Assembly (NCBI RefSeq): GCF_016433145.1 | Contig: NC_058131.1 | Location: 110,297,068 to 110,361,067, forward strand | DNA length: 64,000 bases | Direction: 5' to 3' | Origin: Gracilinanus agilis | Lineage: Eukaryota | In this document: in pieces, positions 39,235-52,610 of the stretch | Position numbering within the stretch: position 1 is the first letter of the stretch | Layout of the letters: every line of letters begins with the position of its first letter | Notes under the pieces: model-generated | Seen by the model: the letters and a program-made list of their open reading frames with translations, nothing else | Databases searched by the model: none | What the model was told of the DNA's origin: nothing | Position numbers and translations under genes: made by a program

Positions 39235-40150
39235 TCCTAATCTTGATTTATCTAAAATGAAACTCATTATCTTTTACCCTAAAGTCCCTCCCCTCTCTTG
39301 ACTTCCCTGTTACAGTGGAAGGCAACACTATCTTCCTAATCCTTTGCTTGCATAATCTAGTAGTTATCTTGAGTTCCTTACTCTTTCTCACTCCCCCAAC
39401 CCCAATATCTAAGATGTGGCCAAGGTCTGTTAACTTCATCTTTGCTATATATCTCCCAAATTCCTCCTTCTCTCTCCTGACACTGACTCCATTCAAGTGG
39501 AGGCCATCCTCAACTCATGTCTGGAAAATTCTAATAACCTAGTGATGAGTCAGTCTGATTCATGTTTCATTGCACTCCAGTTCATCTTTCATTCAGCCAC
39601 TAAAATAATATTCATAAAATTTAGGTCCAATTATGTCACACACCCTCCTCCCCCTCCAACTCCATGCTCATTAAATTCAAGTGACTTCCTATTGTTTCTA
39701 GGATCAAATACAAAATGCTCTGTTTGGCTTTCAAAGTTCTCCATAAACTAACCCCCTCTTATCTTTTCAATCTTATTACACTTTGACCTAATGACACTAG
39801 ACTCCTGTTTGTTCATGCACTTCATCTCTTGACTGAGCATTTTCTCTGGACATCCTCCAAGCTTAAAATACTCTCCTATTTTTGGCTCCCATTATTGACC
39901 CAGGTCTCCTTTAATTATCAACTAAAATCTCACCTTCAACAGAAAGCTTTCTTAATTCCAGTGCCTCCTCTTTGTTATTTTCTATTTATCCTGTATATAG
40001 TTTGCTTTGTATGTTTGTTTGTGATGTTATTTCCTCTCATTAGATTGTAAATTCCTTGAAGGCAGAGATTATCGTTTGCTTCTTTTTGCATACTTAGCCC
40101 TTAGTACAATTTCTGGCACATAGTAATAACTGTTTATTGATTGACTGATG
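39235..40150 (+). mobile_element. L2 ORF2 3' portion and tail
   Basis: tctaaaatgaaactcattatcttt, ccattcaagtggaggccatc, ttagattgtaaattccttgaaggcagaga, tggcacatagta. Confidence 0.8.
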
Positions 40151-40389
40151 AAGAATGCTTATAGTCTATATTATGATAAGTAATTATCTATACAAACCAT
40201 GAAACTGATCTATCTGTGTGTATATATACAAATGCATTTATATCTTATACTTTTATATTTATATTACAGTATATACATATATGCACATTATCTATCTATA
40301 TATTTATCTACCTATCCATCTATCTATCATCTATCTATATCCTTGTGCTTAATCAATTGGTCCCTGAGAATTGAAGAAGAAAAGAGAAA

Positions 40390-40870
40390 CTGAAATGTCT
40401 TTTGGAAATTATGTAATAATTTCAATGACTATCTTTTAATAATTTCTCCTGAAACAAAAGCTCATCTTTTTCAACCTCAATATTCTTCTGGTAATGAAGT
40501 TTGGTTGAAAGCTATGGAAGACCATCATCTTTGAAGAATTAAATTCTGTGTTACCCCAGAGGGCAATGGAAAGATATATGGAGGACATGAGCAGGCTGCC
40601 ACATGCTACAAATAAGAAGCCATGAAGAAGCAAAGATATGAATGCTACCATCAGAGATGTAGAACCATCAACAGAGGTGGGACACTCATGGGGTAAGTGA
40701 AGGCATCCATAATAAGAAGGAAATATATCCAATGGAAGATCCCTAGAAAGCTGATTGGAGATCTTATGATTTATGGAAGCATCTGGAAATGGATTACATA
40801 GGATGGAGAGGCAGTCAGAGACTGGTCACAGTTTCTGCCATTGAAAAGAGTGCCCATACAGATGAAATCT
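40390..40870 (+). mobile_element. RTE-clade LINE 3' fragment
   Basis: PETKAHLF (40448-40471) and QRAMER (40557) motifs of the RTE ORF C-terminus, followed by an RTE-like tail. Confidence 0.75.
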
Positions 40871-41533
40871 CAACCACTTAAATACTATGTGTACTCTTAA
40901 GTATGAAGAAAATTATTCTGCAGAACTATAATATGTGCGGCATTCACAGTGGGACAGTTAAGATGTCTAGTTATTCCCATCCCCTGGCATTTCTGCTGTT
41001 CCAAAGATTTCTTACCTATCATGAAGTCACTTTTTTATTTTTTTGCCACTTGGTTACTCTCATGAGCTTACAAGTAAATCTAAGCCATCTTTTCCACTAG
41101 AAAAATAAGTTTGGCCATTGTGATAAATACTCAATTCTGCATGAATTTTCGTCTAAGGTCTTTCATCCTGGCCTTTAAAGGTTTTGTTTTTTTCATAATT
41201 ACTAGACTATAATATGATACTAGCTCTGATAATATTTCAATTAACTAATTTTTCTTCACCTAAAAAAATTGACAATAGCTGGACACGTGCCTTTTGTCTA
41301 AATATTAAACATTATTCAGTTGTTAGTTGGAGCATTTAGATGTCCCCATCTTATTTGCTTGAGAAAATTCACATTTGCAGATGCAAATAATTTAGATGGT
41401 GTTATCCAATTTACTTTATGAAAGACTAGTCAAACACATATTTGCAAGTGTTAAATTATCTTCTTTTTTGGATATTTATCCTCATTCCCTGCTTCCACCT
41501 TTCCCCCCAACATTTTAAGATTTTAAGTGAGAG

Positions 41534-41535
<2 letters not shown>

Positions 41536-41607
<72 letters not shown>
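41536..41607. repeat. (GA)~36 microsatellite
   Basis: Pure GA run; source of ER/SL repeat ORFs. Confidence 0.95.
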
Positions 41608-41609
<2 letters not shown>

Positions 41610-42829
41610 AAACAAGCTCTGGAGCACAAATGTTGACTAAGGAAATCTATTCTCAGAGTTGTCAGGTGATTTAAAAAAAATTTTTTTTTATGATGCAGGT
41701 GCAAAAACAAAGAAGCCAACATAACCCGAAGAACCATGTTAATTTCAGCTCATTTGAAGAGAAGGAGATTTAACTTGTATGATGTTTATTCATACTTAGT
41801 TCAGAAAGATATTAATAACCCAGGACATTGCTATTTGTGTATAATTTATCCCTAAATTTTTGGCTTTTTTGAATCATGTAAAATGAATTTTATTTCCCAA
41901 GTCGTGTTGTCTTTTATAATCTAGAAAACAATATACTCTTTTATTGAAAGGTTATTCTTTGTTAAGGCACCCTTTAGTTATTCTTGGGGCAAGAAAAGGA
42001 GGGATTTGGTTTTTGTCACTTTTGAAGGTGAATTGGAATGCAAATAACATTCACTAAATTGAATTCAACATTATCAAATTGAAAAATACAAAATTTTTTC
42101 AAGATGATTTTTAAAAATATCTTAAACGGTCAAATAAATCAGCAAAATAATGTGCAAAATGCTTGACAGCTGTTATCTCTTTAAGTCATTGCCAAGCTAA
42201 TTATAAAAAATAAAATGTTTGAAGCCATGTATCTGATTAAAGATTTTTTAACCTTTTTGTAGATATATGTTTTCTTCCATATTTTTACCATTTCCCCTAA
42301 TTCCATTTATTTTAAGTGCAAATATACAAATGCACACATAATCCCAGACTCTCAAATATGTATATAAAGAACACAATACAGCTAGGCATTTGTATACATG
42401 CAGACACATACATATATTATAAATATATAGATATATTTTACATTGACAAATAGTTTATTTTTATTCTCAACTTTGATATCAAAAAGACAATGGACATTTT
42501 TAAATACACAGCAGAATTCACACACATACAACATACACACACAAGACTGCATATATAAAGCCATGAATCTTCACTTTATATTGCTTGGTTTTTTAAACAA
42601 TATATAATAAATTTCACAGGCTGCTCTTAAAACTATCCTGTTTGCCTATGCTTCATTTTGCACTTTTTTTCTGTTTTCTGCTACAGGTTAAAAAAAATTC
42701 TTTGCTTTGGTATTCTGATTTTTTCACCTGCCCCCACCCCCAAATCCTATACAAAAATTGAGAGAAACATTTTTTTTTATGTGTCAGGACTGCAATCTAC
42801 CTGAAATCCTTTCTTTTCTTCCCCTCCCC

Positions 42830-43085
42830 ATATATGAGTTAAGCAATTTTCTCCAAATGCAGCAGAATTGTTCTTGGCACTTGAATGGCCCAGGGACCAA
42901 AGCTCAGACTACACCTTCCTTCAGACAACTTTCTGGTAGTCTTTGGCTATCTTGACATAGCTTGCTGGTAATCTAAGAACATTAAAAGGTTGATCCACAC
43001 CAAGATGGTACTCTTCATACTTGGCTGATGTCCTAAGGATACACGAGTCACCACACCCTCACAGACATTCTGTATGGATAGTTGT
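42830..43085 (-). pseudogene. Coding-like remnant, possibly PIF/Harbinger-type transposase fragment
   Basis: One minus frame reads ..GCGDSCILRTS..YHLGVDQPF..GHSSAKNNSAAFG with 3 stops; order resembles Harbinger HDxxxLxxS / LGDxxF / HSxAxxxxExAFG. Confidence 0.3.
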
Positions 43086-43094
43086 TCTTTTTTC

Positions 43095-43985
43095 AGATTA
43101 CAAGCCAATAAAATTTCTTAATATTTGTTTTCTGATATTTTATAATCGATATTCTCTCTCCCTCCCACAGCTCCTCTCTCCCTAAGAAGGCAGATAATAT
43201 TAATATGACATATTATCATATAATACATATTTCCATGTTCATCATGTTGTGAAAGAAGACATATTGCTTACAGTAGAGAAGAATTCATTGAGGAAATAAA
43301 GAATGGTATGTTTCAATTTGCATTTGGACTTCATCTATTTCTTCTATGTCAAAGGAAATCCTTATTTTTGGCATGAGTCTCTTGGAGTTGTCCTGGATCC
43401 TTGTCTTGTTGATAATAATTGCCATTCATAGTTGATCATCACATATTATTGTTGTTATTGAGTATAATGTCGCCCTGGTTCTATTCACTTCGCTTTGTAT
43501 CACTTTCTATATCTTTCTAGCTTTTTTTGGTGATCATCTTGTTTGCCATATCTTATGGCACAATAGTATTCCATTTCAAGCATATGCCACAATTTCTTTA
43601 GCTAGTCCCCAATAGATGAATATTCCTTCAGTTTTCAATTTTTTTTGCCACTGCTATAAATATTTTTGTACAGGTAGCTTCTTTCTCTCTCTCTTTAATC
43701 TCTTGGGATACAGATCTAGTGGTATCCCTGGGTCAAAAGGTTGCAGATTAATCCCCAGAGTGGTTGTATCAGTTCACAGCTCCACCAGCATTGTATTAGT
43801 TTCCCTATTTTCTGCATCCCTTCCAGCATTCATCATTTCCATTTTTTGTCATTTTAGTCAGTGTGATGGGTGTTAGATTTTTATTTTGCACTTCTCTAAT
43901 CAATAGTGTTTTGGAGCATTTTTTCATATGACTAAAGATAGTTTTAATTTCTTCACCTAAGAATTGCCTGTTTATAGCCTTGGCT
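43095..43985 (-). mobile_element. L1 3' end
   Basis: catatttccatgttcatcatgttgtgaaagaagac, gatctagtggtatccctgggtcaaa, gagcatttttcatatgacta. Confidence 0.85.
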
Positions 43986-44009
43986 ATGGCAAGTTTTAAA
44001 AATAAAACA

Positions 44010-44446
44010 GATTAAAGTTTGATGCATGGACTGACTCACTTAAACACTTAAAGGCCATTGTAGGGTTATTGATTGGCATGATTTCAGTATTGTCTTTTCT
44101 CAGAGAATAGGGAAGTTTGAGAAGGAGACAAGAGGAACAACCAAATGATGGAACAGTTAGAACGCACACACTATTTATTGATTAAGTTCACTATCTTATA
44201 CTTATAGGGGTGTGAGTTATGGCACCCCAAAATAATTACAATATAACATGAAGGATTACTGATCAATATAACTGATATAATAATAATGAAAAAGTTAAAT
44301 ATTGTTAGAATTATCAAAATGTGTCACAAAGACATGCTGTTGGGAAAATATTACCTATAGAACTACTCAGCACAAGGTTCCCACAAACCTTCAATTTGTT
44401 AAAAAAAATGTAGTATCTGTGAAGAGCAATAGATTGAGGCATTCTA
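44010..44446 (-). mobile_element. Tigger1 (pogo) 5' end including TIR remnant and ORF start
   Basis: Reverse complement matches recalled Tigger1 5' end (tattgctcttcacagatactac, caaattgaaggtttgtgggaacc, aataaccctacaATGgcc at 44058); TA at 44447-44448. Confidence 0.85.
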
Positions 44447-44689
44447 TATACAGTTGTTTGGTATAGAAATGTATTAGGGAAACAAACTGGCATGTCAGTC
44501 ATGGAGAGAAAAGAGGAATAAGGGACAGAGTTAAAAGGGAGAAAAATACCCCAAAAGAAAGCAAATCAAACTCCCTGATCCTGAAGAAGGGATTAAAAGG
44601 ACCAAAACCCCAAACAGAATGAACTAGAACTCAAGACAGCCACCATCAGTTGGGGAGTACTAAATAAATTATGATATATAAATATAATG

Positions 44690-45050
44690 GAATATTATTG
44701 TACCATGAAATAATAGAAAAAGAAACAAAAAAAGAAATTGCCATGGCTATGCAACCTTCAGCAATCACCACTCTGATCAGTCAGCAACTATAACATCAAA
44801 GTAAGCTCCTCCACTAGCAAGAAGATTATGATTCATTGAACGCATGGATCATGGTTAAAAATGTTTGGCAATAAAGTATTTGTAATTAAGGTAGGTACAT
44901 TAATTTTTTTAGACAAAATACTATTGAACACTTAGTAGACTACAGAATAGTGTAAACATATCTTTTATATGCGCTGGGAAATAAAAAATTTGTTTAACTT
45001 GCTTTATTGCAGTATTTGCTTTATTTTGATGATTGGGAACTGAACTCATT
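44690..45050 (+). mobile_element. Tigger1 3' end
   Basis: aagaaattgcc..caaccttcagcaatcaccactctgatcagtcagcaa, tagactacagaatagtgtaaacat, ttgctttattgc; terminal TIR bases not recognisable. Confidence 0.85.
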
Positions 45051-45054
45051 ACTG

Positions 45055-46780
45055 CTTTCTCCATTTCAGATAAGAGTAGTTTCATCTGATGCACACCCCC
45101 ACCCCTCCTTTATGTTTATATACTCTTCTTCTCACATATCCCAATTATAAAAGTAGTTAATTTCTGCCTCTCTTTTCTCCTTTCTACATGAGTGTATATT
45201 TTTTTACCTTTTCTTTTCTTTCCTTTTAAAAATCCTCCAAACAGAATCATTCCAAAACCCCTAAGTCTTCTTCCTTATCTAGCCCTCTCAATACCCATCA
45301 TTTGGGTTCTGGAAAGAAATTTGTTTCTTTTTCCCCTTGCCATTCCACCCCCAACTTCTCTGCTTTAGAATGTTAGCTTTATATTTTTTACCGTTTTCCA
45401 ATTGCTTAAATTTACATTTCTAGATTCATCTTAACTCTAATATTTATATTTCAGAATTTCTCCTTAGTTCTCTTTTCATTAGACATTTTTGAAAGACTTC
45501 TATTCCATTAAATATTCATTTTTCTCTATGTAGGATTATCCCCAGCTTTGCAGAGTAAGTTCTACTTGCTTTTAGTCTATATCTTTTGCCTTCTGAAATA
45601 TCATTTTTTCAAGATATCCTAGGTTTTCTTTTTTAAACATTGATAGCTATCAAGTTTTGTCATCGTGACTGTTGCTTGTCAAAATTTAAATTCTTTCTTT
45701 TTGGCTCTTTATAGTAACCTTTTCCCTATTAGACTAGCTTTTGACTACAACATTCCTGGTAGTTTTCACTCTGGGTTTTCTTTCAGCAAAATCCTTCTAT
45801 TTTTCAATTTGTCGTGTAATTCTAATATCGAGGAGATTTTATTCATTATTTCTTAAAATATGAGATCTAGGCCTATTATTTTGGTCATGATTCTCAGATA
45901 TTTTGATGATTCTTAGATTTTCTCGCTTTGACCTGTTCTCAGCTGATTATTTTTGACCAGAGTTACCTCATATTTTCTTCTATGTTTTTTAGACTTTTGA
46001 TGTTGTTCTAATTGTTTTTGTTGGGTCATGAAGTCATTGTTTTGTGTTTGATCCATTCTAATATTTAAGGAATATATTAGTTTTAAAAGTTTTTGAACCT
46101 CCCATACCAATTTGTTTCTTCTGCTTCTAAGCCTTTTTCTAGAATTTTTTTTTTAATTTTTAACTATTTTAATGAATAGAAATATATTTGTTCTTACTCC
46201 CTTGAGGGAGTATTTTAACAAATATATGTAATTAAGCAAAATTGATTTTTACATTGTCCCTATCAAAAAGAAATGTCTTAGCCTGTACCTTTCATCTCTC
46301 TGTTAAGAGGTTGCTAGTATGGGTGCTCTGGAATCATAATTGGTCCTTGTAGTGACCAGAGTGCTTACGCCTTTCAAAATTATTTGTCTTTAAACTAAAA
46401 TAAATTAGTTATTGTTAAAATATTTTCTTGTTCTATTCATGCTCTTTCCATTGATTCATACACATTTTCCTGGTTTTCTCTCAAACAATTCCAGTTAGTT
46501 TCTTATGACACAATAGATCATATTACAAGGTATATGTGATCACGTATATCTTTTATACCATATTACACCATTCCATTCACATACAATAACCTATTTTAGT
46601 TATTTTCCAAATGACAAGTCCCCTTTATTTTAAGTTCTTTGCCATTAAAAAAAGAGCTGGACAAAATATTTTTTGTACATTGGTAACTTTTACCTTTTTC
46701 TTTCTAGCAGAGACCTAGTAGTCATACCACTAGGTCAAAGAATATATATTGTTTTGTAACTTTTAGTGCATTATTCTCAT
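45055..46780 (-). mobile_element. L1 ORF1/inter-ORF remnant (45055-46140) and separate old L1 3' end (46140-46780)
   Basis: ggattatccccagctttgcag, tttgccttctgaaatatcat, ttttctcgctttgacctgtt; then poly-T and L1 3' motifs. Confidence 0.75.
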
Positions 46781-48231
46781 TTCTTTTCCAATCCTTTCCT
46801 CTAGAATACTCTTTTAATTTATAATGTCATTTCAAATATTTGCATTATTTCTTTTGCCAGGCTCTGGGACTGAGGGTCAAAGCAGCACAATTGCTCCTAG
46901 TCTACCTTTTAAATAAAAAGCTACATGCCCTAGTTCTAGCTAAGCACTCTGTTTGGACTTCGGACCTGCTATCTCTCTAAGCCAAACTAGGTTAGGGAAA
47001 AAAAAAAGCATACTGGAATTACTCTTTGCATTTCCATGTTGTGCTCTTCCTTGGTCTTGCTGGAGCAGTTGTATGAGAGAACTGAACTATAGTCTTCTCA
47101 CTCTAATAGCTTGCCTGCTTATTCCCTTTCTAGATGCTCACAGTCATAGAAGTCAAGTTCATAGACCAATGCTTTCCCCTGGACTCAATCAGAGCAACAT
47201 TTGATCATTTTCACTACTGTGGTACCTTTCTTGTTTCCCATAATTTTCAAAATTTAAACAGGCAATGTTCTTTTTCCAAATTCAAAAAAGGTTTAGCAAA
47301 CATATTTGGAAGCTCTATTTATCCTGAAAGTTCTTCGGACTAGATGACTGGAATTTAATGAAGGTAGCAAGATGTTCTCTTACTGTCTCTTTACCTATTG
47401 TGCCTTCAGTTTCCTTTGAACCATTTTTGCCCATTCCTTTCTAATACAGAAATTATTTCCCTTGGAAGAGAAAATGGGAGCAAAATGAGAATTGATTAAT
47501 AAAAACTGATTTTTATGTAACTTTTTAAATGTTTCCAAGGAGTACCACATATATTATCTCATTTAATCCTTATTACAACCCTGTATGGTAGGTACTAAAG
47601 GAATTATTATCCCAACTTAAAGTTGTAGAAATTGAGGTATAGATAGTGTAAATGGCATGTTAAAGTCACAGATATGAACCTGTTTTTCTTGTGTGTCTAA
47701 ATTCACTGGTCTTTCAATTATACCCATTGCCTTCTTTATGTCAATTACCTTCCTTTGATCTTCTTTCTCCCTTAGAATAGCTTTTTTTAAAAAGAAAAGG
47801 GTATTTTTGGCCCTTAACATTTATTATCAGCCTCAGCGCATTCTGAGCTGTAATATTACTGGTATTCCCAGAGATCTTGTGCTACTCTTTATAAAAATTA
47901 ACCCGCTTTTGCTATGGGTATATATGTATGTATTCACATATCAATATGTATGTATGTATAAATACATATATGTGGATATGTATACTTATTAGTTCTAAAT
48001 TGTTCACTAAATCTATTGTGCTAATTTTGTCAGTCTCTCAGCTCCTCCCTTTTTTTCTCATCAGAATCATTTGAATTTCATAGGATTATAGAGCCAGAGC
48101 TGGAAGCAACCTCAGAAGCCATCAAGTTCAACCCACAAATTTTAGAGATGAAGAAACAGGCTGATAAACTGAAGCTGGTGGCCTTCAGTGATTTGGTCAA
48201 AGTCTGTGTTTCTTCAGAATTTCATTACTTA

Positions 48232-48430
48232 GTGGGAAGCTAGGTGGCTCAGTGGATTGAGAGCCAGACCTAAAGAGAGGAGGTTCTGGGTTCAAATTTG
48301 ATCTCAGACACTTCCCAGCTATGTAACTCTGGTCAAGTTACTTAACTCCCATTGTTCATCCCTTACCATTCTTCTGCCTTGGAACCAATACACAGTATTA
48401 ATTCTAAAATAGAAGACAAGGGGTTTAAAA
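48232..48430 (+). mobile_element. SINE1_Mdo-type SINE
   Basis: gctaggtggctcagtggattgagagcc..ccttggaaccaatacacagtatt..aaggggtttaaaa. Confidence 0.9.
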
Positions 48431-49548
48431 TTTTTCCTTATTTGAAAGATTCATATTCATTTTGGACCATCTTATCTTTGAGAATTTGGGTCCTAAGCAG
48501 CTTACCTATTAGAGTCTACCAGAGAAATCTGAGCTTTTTTATAACTTCTGTCCCGAAAAATCTACCCTACACAGCAGACTATACTTTCCTTTCCTCCTTC
48601 TAAGAACTCTAAGATGAGAGTCTCACCTCTTTTAAAGGGTTCCTATCATTTTTACTTTAGCAGCTAGTTTATCCTCTTTGGTCAGAATCAGGTCACAATA
48701 AGAGTTTTCCTTGTTGCTTTCTTCATGTTTTAAAGAATGAAATCAATATAAATGAATCAGTTGCTCTACTTTTGACAGAAAATAAGCTCAATAAAATGTT
48801 TGGATAACAGAAGTCTCCCATATAGTGCTTGGCACAGAGTAGGCATCTAATAAATGCTTGTTCATTGACAGACTATTATTCTTCCATGTCAGGCCTGTCC
48901 ATCACAATATTCATTCCAATTTCTCCCTTCAATAATCATCACCCAAAGGCTATCTTCACTATGCTTCTCCAGTCTTTCTTAGATATCCTCACATGAGTGT
49001 CTTCTTAGTACCCAATGATATCTCTAATTCCTTTACTTATTCTGTTCCTCCTGAAACCTCCCTTTCCCATAAGGAGGTTATTTAGTCTAGTCTGTACCAA
49101 GATTTCAGTGCAATGGTAGAAATACGGGATAGATGATCAAAGGTATATAGAAAATGTTTCTTGGAAGTAAAAACTGAAAGCGGCCAAAAGCTTTTATATT
49201 TAAAAAATCCACATACTCACATATCATGAACACTTTCTTCCAAAAGAGTCAGGTGGAGCAAGTCATGGTTAATACTAAATGCCATCATATAAAGATAAAG
49301 AAATTGGTTATATCCTAAAAGTCATTCTTCAAGTGGTTACAAATGTTAAAATCTCCAGATAACTTTATTTATTACTCATTTTTTTGTATATTATAAATAG
49401 ATATCAAAGACTGTGAGTTTTATTGCTGACTTAATACTCATATACTGTCTCCTATAAATTACTTGTCCTCTCTATTGATTACCTTTTTCCAGCACTATGC
49501 ATTATGCCTTTTCTTCTTTCCTATAGCTGGTTTGGTATATATATATAT

Positions 49549-49604
49549 ATACAAAATAAATACTTATGTGGTATATATATACCACATAAGTATTTATTTT
49601 GTAT
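49549..49604. repeat. Perfect 56-bp palindrome (28-bp arms, no spacer)
   Basis: atacaaaataaatacttatgtggtatat|atataccacataagtatttattttgtat, checked base by base. Confidence 0.95.
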
Positions 49605-49924
49605 TCATTATTAATTTAAAGATTTTTGAATCAGATTTTCAAGTTTTCAGGAAAAATAAATTTATATTCACTTATATTTGCTTTTTCCTGGCCAAGACTA
49701 CATCATTCCCCTATTTCAGATCATTATTGAGAAGTCAAAATTATTTTTTCAGGTGCTATCTTTTCAACTAGTTTACTCCCTGAATTTGCCTCTTTGTTCA
49801 GGATACACGTTTCAATAAGTTTTCCCTCTCCAAATGAAATATCACCCTTTCTTGTCTTTGTACTTTCACTCTAAAGTGGAATGGTTTCATTCCACCTCCT
49901 ATCCCAATCACTTGTAATCTTCTC

Positions 49925-50460
49925 TAGGCCCCGAGATGATACAGTAGATAGAGTACTAGTCATAGTGTTAGGAAGATAAGGACTTGGGTTGAAATCCTAC
50001 CTTGAACATTTACTAGCTATATGGCACTGGATAAGTCTCTTAACTTCTCTCAGGCTCAGTTTTCTTATACATTAAAGAGATAATAGGGTTGTTGTGACAA
50101 TAAAAATCACATAATACATTTTGTAAAGCACTTTGAAAACATTAAAGCACAATATAAAATTCCATCTATTAATATTATACTTACATCATTCAAGTCATAT
50201 TCCACCTCTTTCATTAAGTCTTTCACAATTCCTGGATACAGTTAACCCTCTTTTCTCTGTATTTTCATAGACCACTGTCTTCAATTACCTTTGCAGTTAT
50301 TTCACTCTTTCCTATAGAAAATTTTTTTATGTCCTTGTCCTTTCTTATGTTAGAGTATAAGCATCTTAAGAGCAGCATCTAAAACATGGTTATTTTTGTA
50401 ACATCAGCAGCATTTAGCATAATTCCTCATGCATAGGAGCTACTTAATAAGTATTGAATT
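49925..50460 (+). mobile_element. MIR (49925-50170) and L2 tail (~50180-50460)
   Basis: gggttgaaatcctacc, ctcagttttctt, ttgtaaagcactttg; cataggagctacttaataagtattgaat. Confidence 0.7.
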
Positions 50461-52269
50461 TGTTGAAAAATGAAATGATCCTTTACAATTTTAGTAGCTA
50501 CAAGGCTCTTGAGACTATTTCCTCAGATCTGACACAAATTTGTTTAGCATTGAAGCAGCCAATTTTAAGTATACAAAAGCCAAAAATATAAATGAAACCT
50601 GATGATAGTCTGCTGAAACAGTCTTACCCTCCATTGCTGGAAGAATTTGAGAATAAGTCATTAATTCACTAAGAAGGCATCTACTGAGAGCCAAACATCT
50701 GGTTCAAAACATCAGCCCATTATCTGGATATCTTAGTTCATAGAATAAATTTGCAAAATTTTAGATGGACTTATTTTAAAAAACTCTATATATAACAAGT
50801 CCAAAATTCTATCATTGCTCAATTGTCAGTCAAAAATTCATTGTTATACATGGATATGATGTAATATCAATGCATAATAAACCTTCCTGTCAATCAGAAG
50901 TGTCATTATGTATAGATTTTATGTCATACATTTTAGGCTTTGGATTGAGACATGAGCCTATATAGAATTTGCTTTTAAAAAATTAAAAATATGGCTTGGC
51001 CAAGGGCAATATTTTTAATAGAATTGATATTTTCAGAAGTACTGAAACTTGAGAAAAAGAAGCAAATATTAGCAATAAACACAACTTTCTAAACTAAGGT
51101 AATTATGTTTAGAGGAGGAAAAAGGTTAGAACTTTTTTATGTGGATGTACTTTATTGATAAAATTGCTATATTTTATTAAATAATTTTATTAGAGCTATA
51201 TAATTTGGAAAGAAAATTATATTTAGAATGAACTTAGAAGAGAAAGTCATGCTCCATTTTCCATAATTTTTTAATAAAACAAAGGAGAGATTCCAAGTAA
51301 TGAATGAAAATTTAATGTGGAAGAATTAACAAATAACTGCTTCATGAAACTCACTATTGCAAGCATTAAAAAGTATAACTTTGAAAAATCTAGGATCTTT
51401 CAGCAGATTCTCCTTCTTCCACATAAATATAATTGCTTGCTTTAGGAAGGGGTTTCTCTCCCTTCTCTTCTTCCACACCAGTAAAGTTACATTCAGAGAT
51501 CTCTAACATCTAACTCTAATATCAAACTCCTGACAAAGCACATATGATTCCCACAATGATTGCTGGAATCTAATTGGAAGCTGGTAGAACTTTTTAAAAT
51601 TCAGTAGGATTAAAAACGGCAATCTTCTCCTTTAGTGAAACACTGGTCATGTATACTTAACTAGTCCCAAATATAGACTATTATTAACTTAGTATTGTAA
51701 TTTTGATCAAGTTCTTTAACTGCTCTTGGTCTTGCTTTCTTTTTCTGTAAAATAGGTATAATATTTTCCCTACCTACCCCACAGGGATTGTGGGAGGGAT
51801 TATACATATGAAAGCACTTCATACTTTTCAAAGCAGGTAGGCTACAATACATCATCACTAAAGAATTATGCAAAGAGAATAAAGATTTTTTTAAAATGAT
51901 GTGTAACTAAGTTTAAATCTAGCCTCAAACTCTTAGTAGTTGTGTTACTTGAAGAAGTCACTTAGCCTCTGTTTCTTCAATAACAGAGGTCAATGGAGAA
52001 GTGCATGGTGGGTGAGGGTAGCATGCAGTCTGAGGAACTTTGTGGAACAAGAGTGAAGGGAATTTATTAAAGGGAGATCCTGAAGAATGCTTTGGGTCGT
52101 CCAAGTGATCCATTGTTCTAATGATAACAGCTAACCTTTATGTAGCTGATGACTTTATGTTAACTCACTTCAGTTCAATTTTTAATGCTCAAGTCAAAAG
52201 ATATCATCAGTGATGTTATTTTGGTCCTCTTCAAGTATAAATTACTACCACCAACCAATTGTGTGACAG

Positions 52270-52610
52270 ACATGTGCTAAGCACTTTACAATTACAATTT
52301 CATTTGATCTCTACAGCCTAGGAAATGGGTGCTATTATTATTCCAAGGTGGAAACGAAGAGAGTTGCCCAGAATCACATATCTAGTAAATATCTGAGGCT
52401 GGATTTGAACTCAGGTTTCTCTGAAAGTCAAAACTAACCACTGTACCCACCTAGATGCCCTGCTTTGTTTGTGATATCAAGAGAAAACAAGGAAGGTGTT
52501 CCGCATATTAGTTGGACACCTTGTGGCAAGCCTATGAGAAGGCAAAGAAAAGAATTGGACAGAATTGATACTCAGACATAAATGGGTTGCAATTTGCATT
52601 GTCAAAAAGT
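52270..52610. mobile_element. MIR/MAR1 SINE (minus, 52270-52460) and RTE tail fragment (plus, ~52500-52610)
   Basis: tctgaggctggatttgaactcagg..cacctagatgccc; ttggacaccttgtgg..ttggacagaattg..atgggttgcaatttgca. Confidence 0.6.

Noticed and set aside
42860-43080. NDUFB10 processed pseudogene or pre-SET/AWS domain
   Set aside because: Only scattered short words match (TEC, VDQ, DYQ, LG.SSA) with wrong spacing, and no downstream continuation or poly-A
3707-48430. tRNA-like A/B box heads (gctcagtgg..ggttcaaa)
   Set aside because: They are SINE heads followed by SINE body and tail; no cloverleaf tRNA gene found
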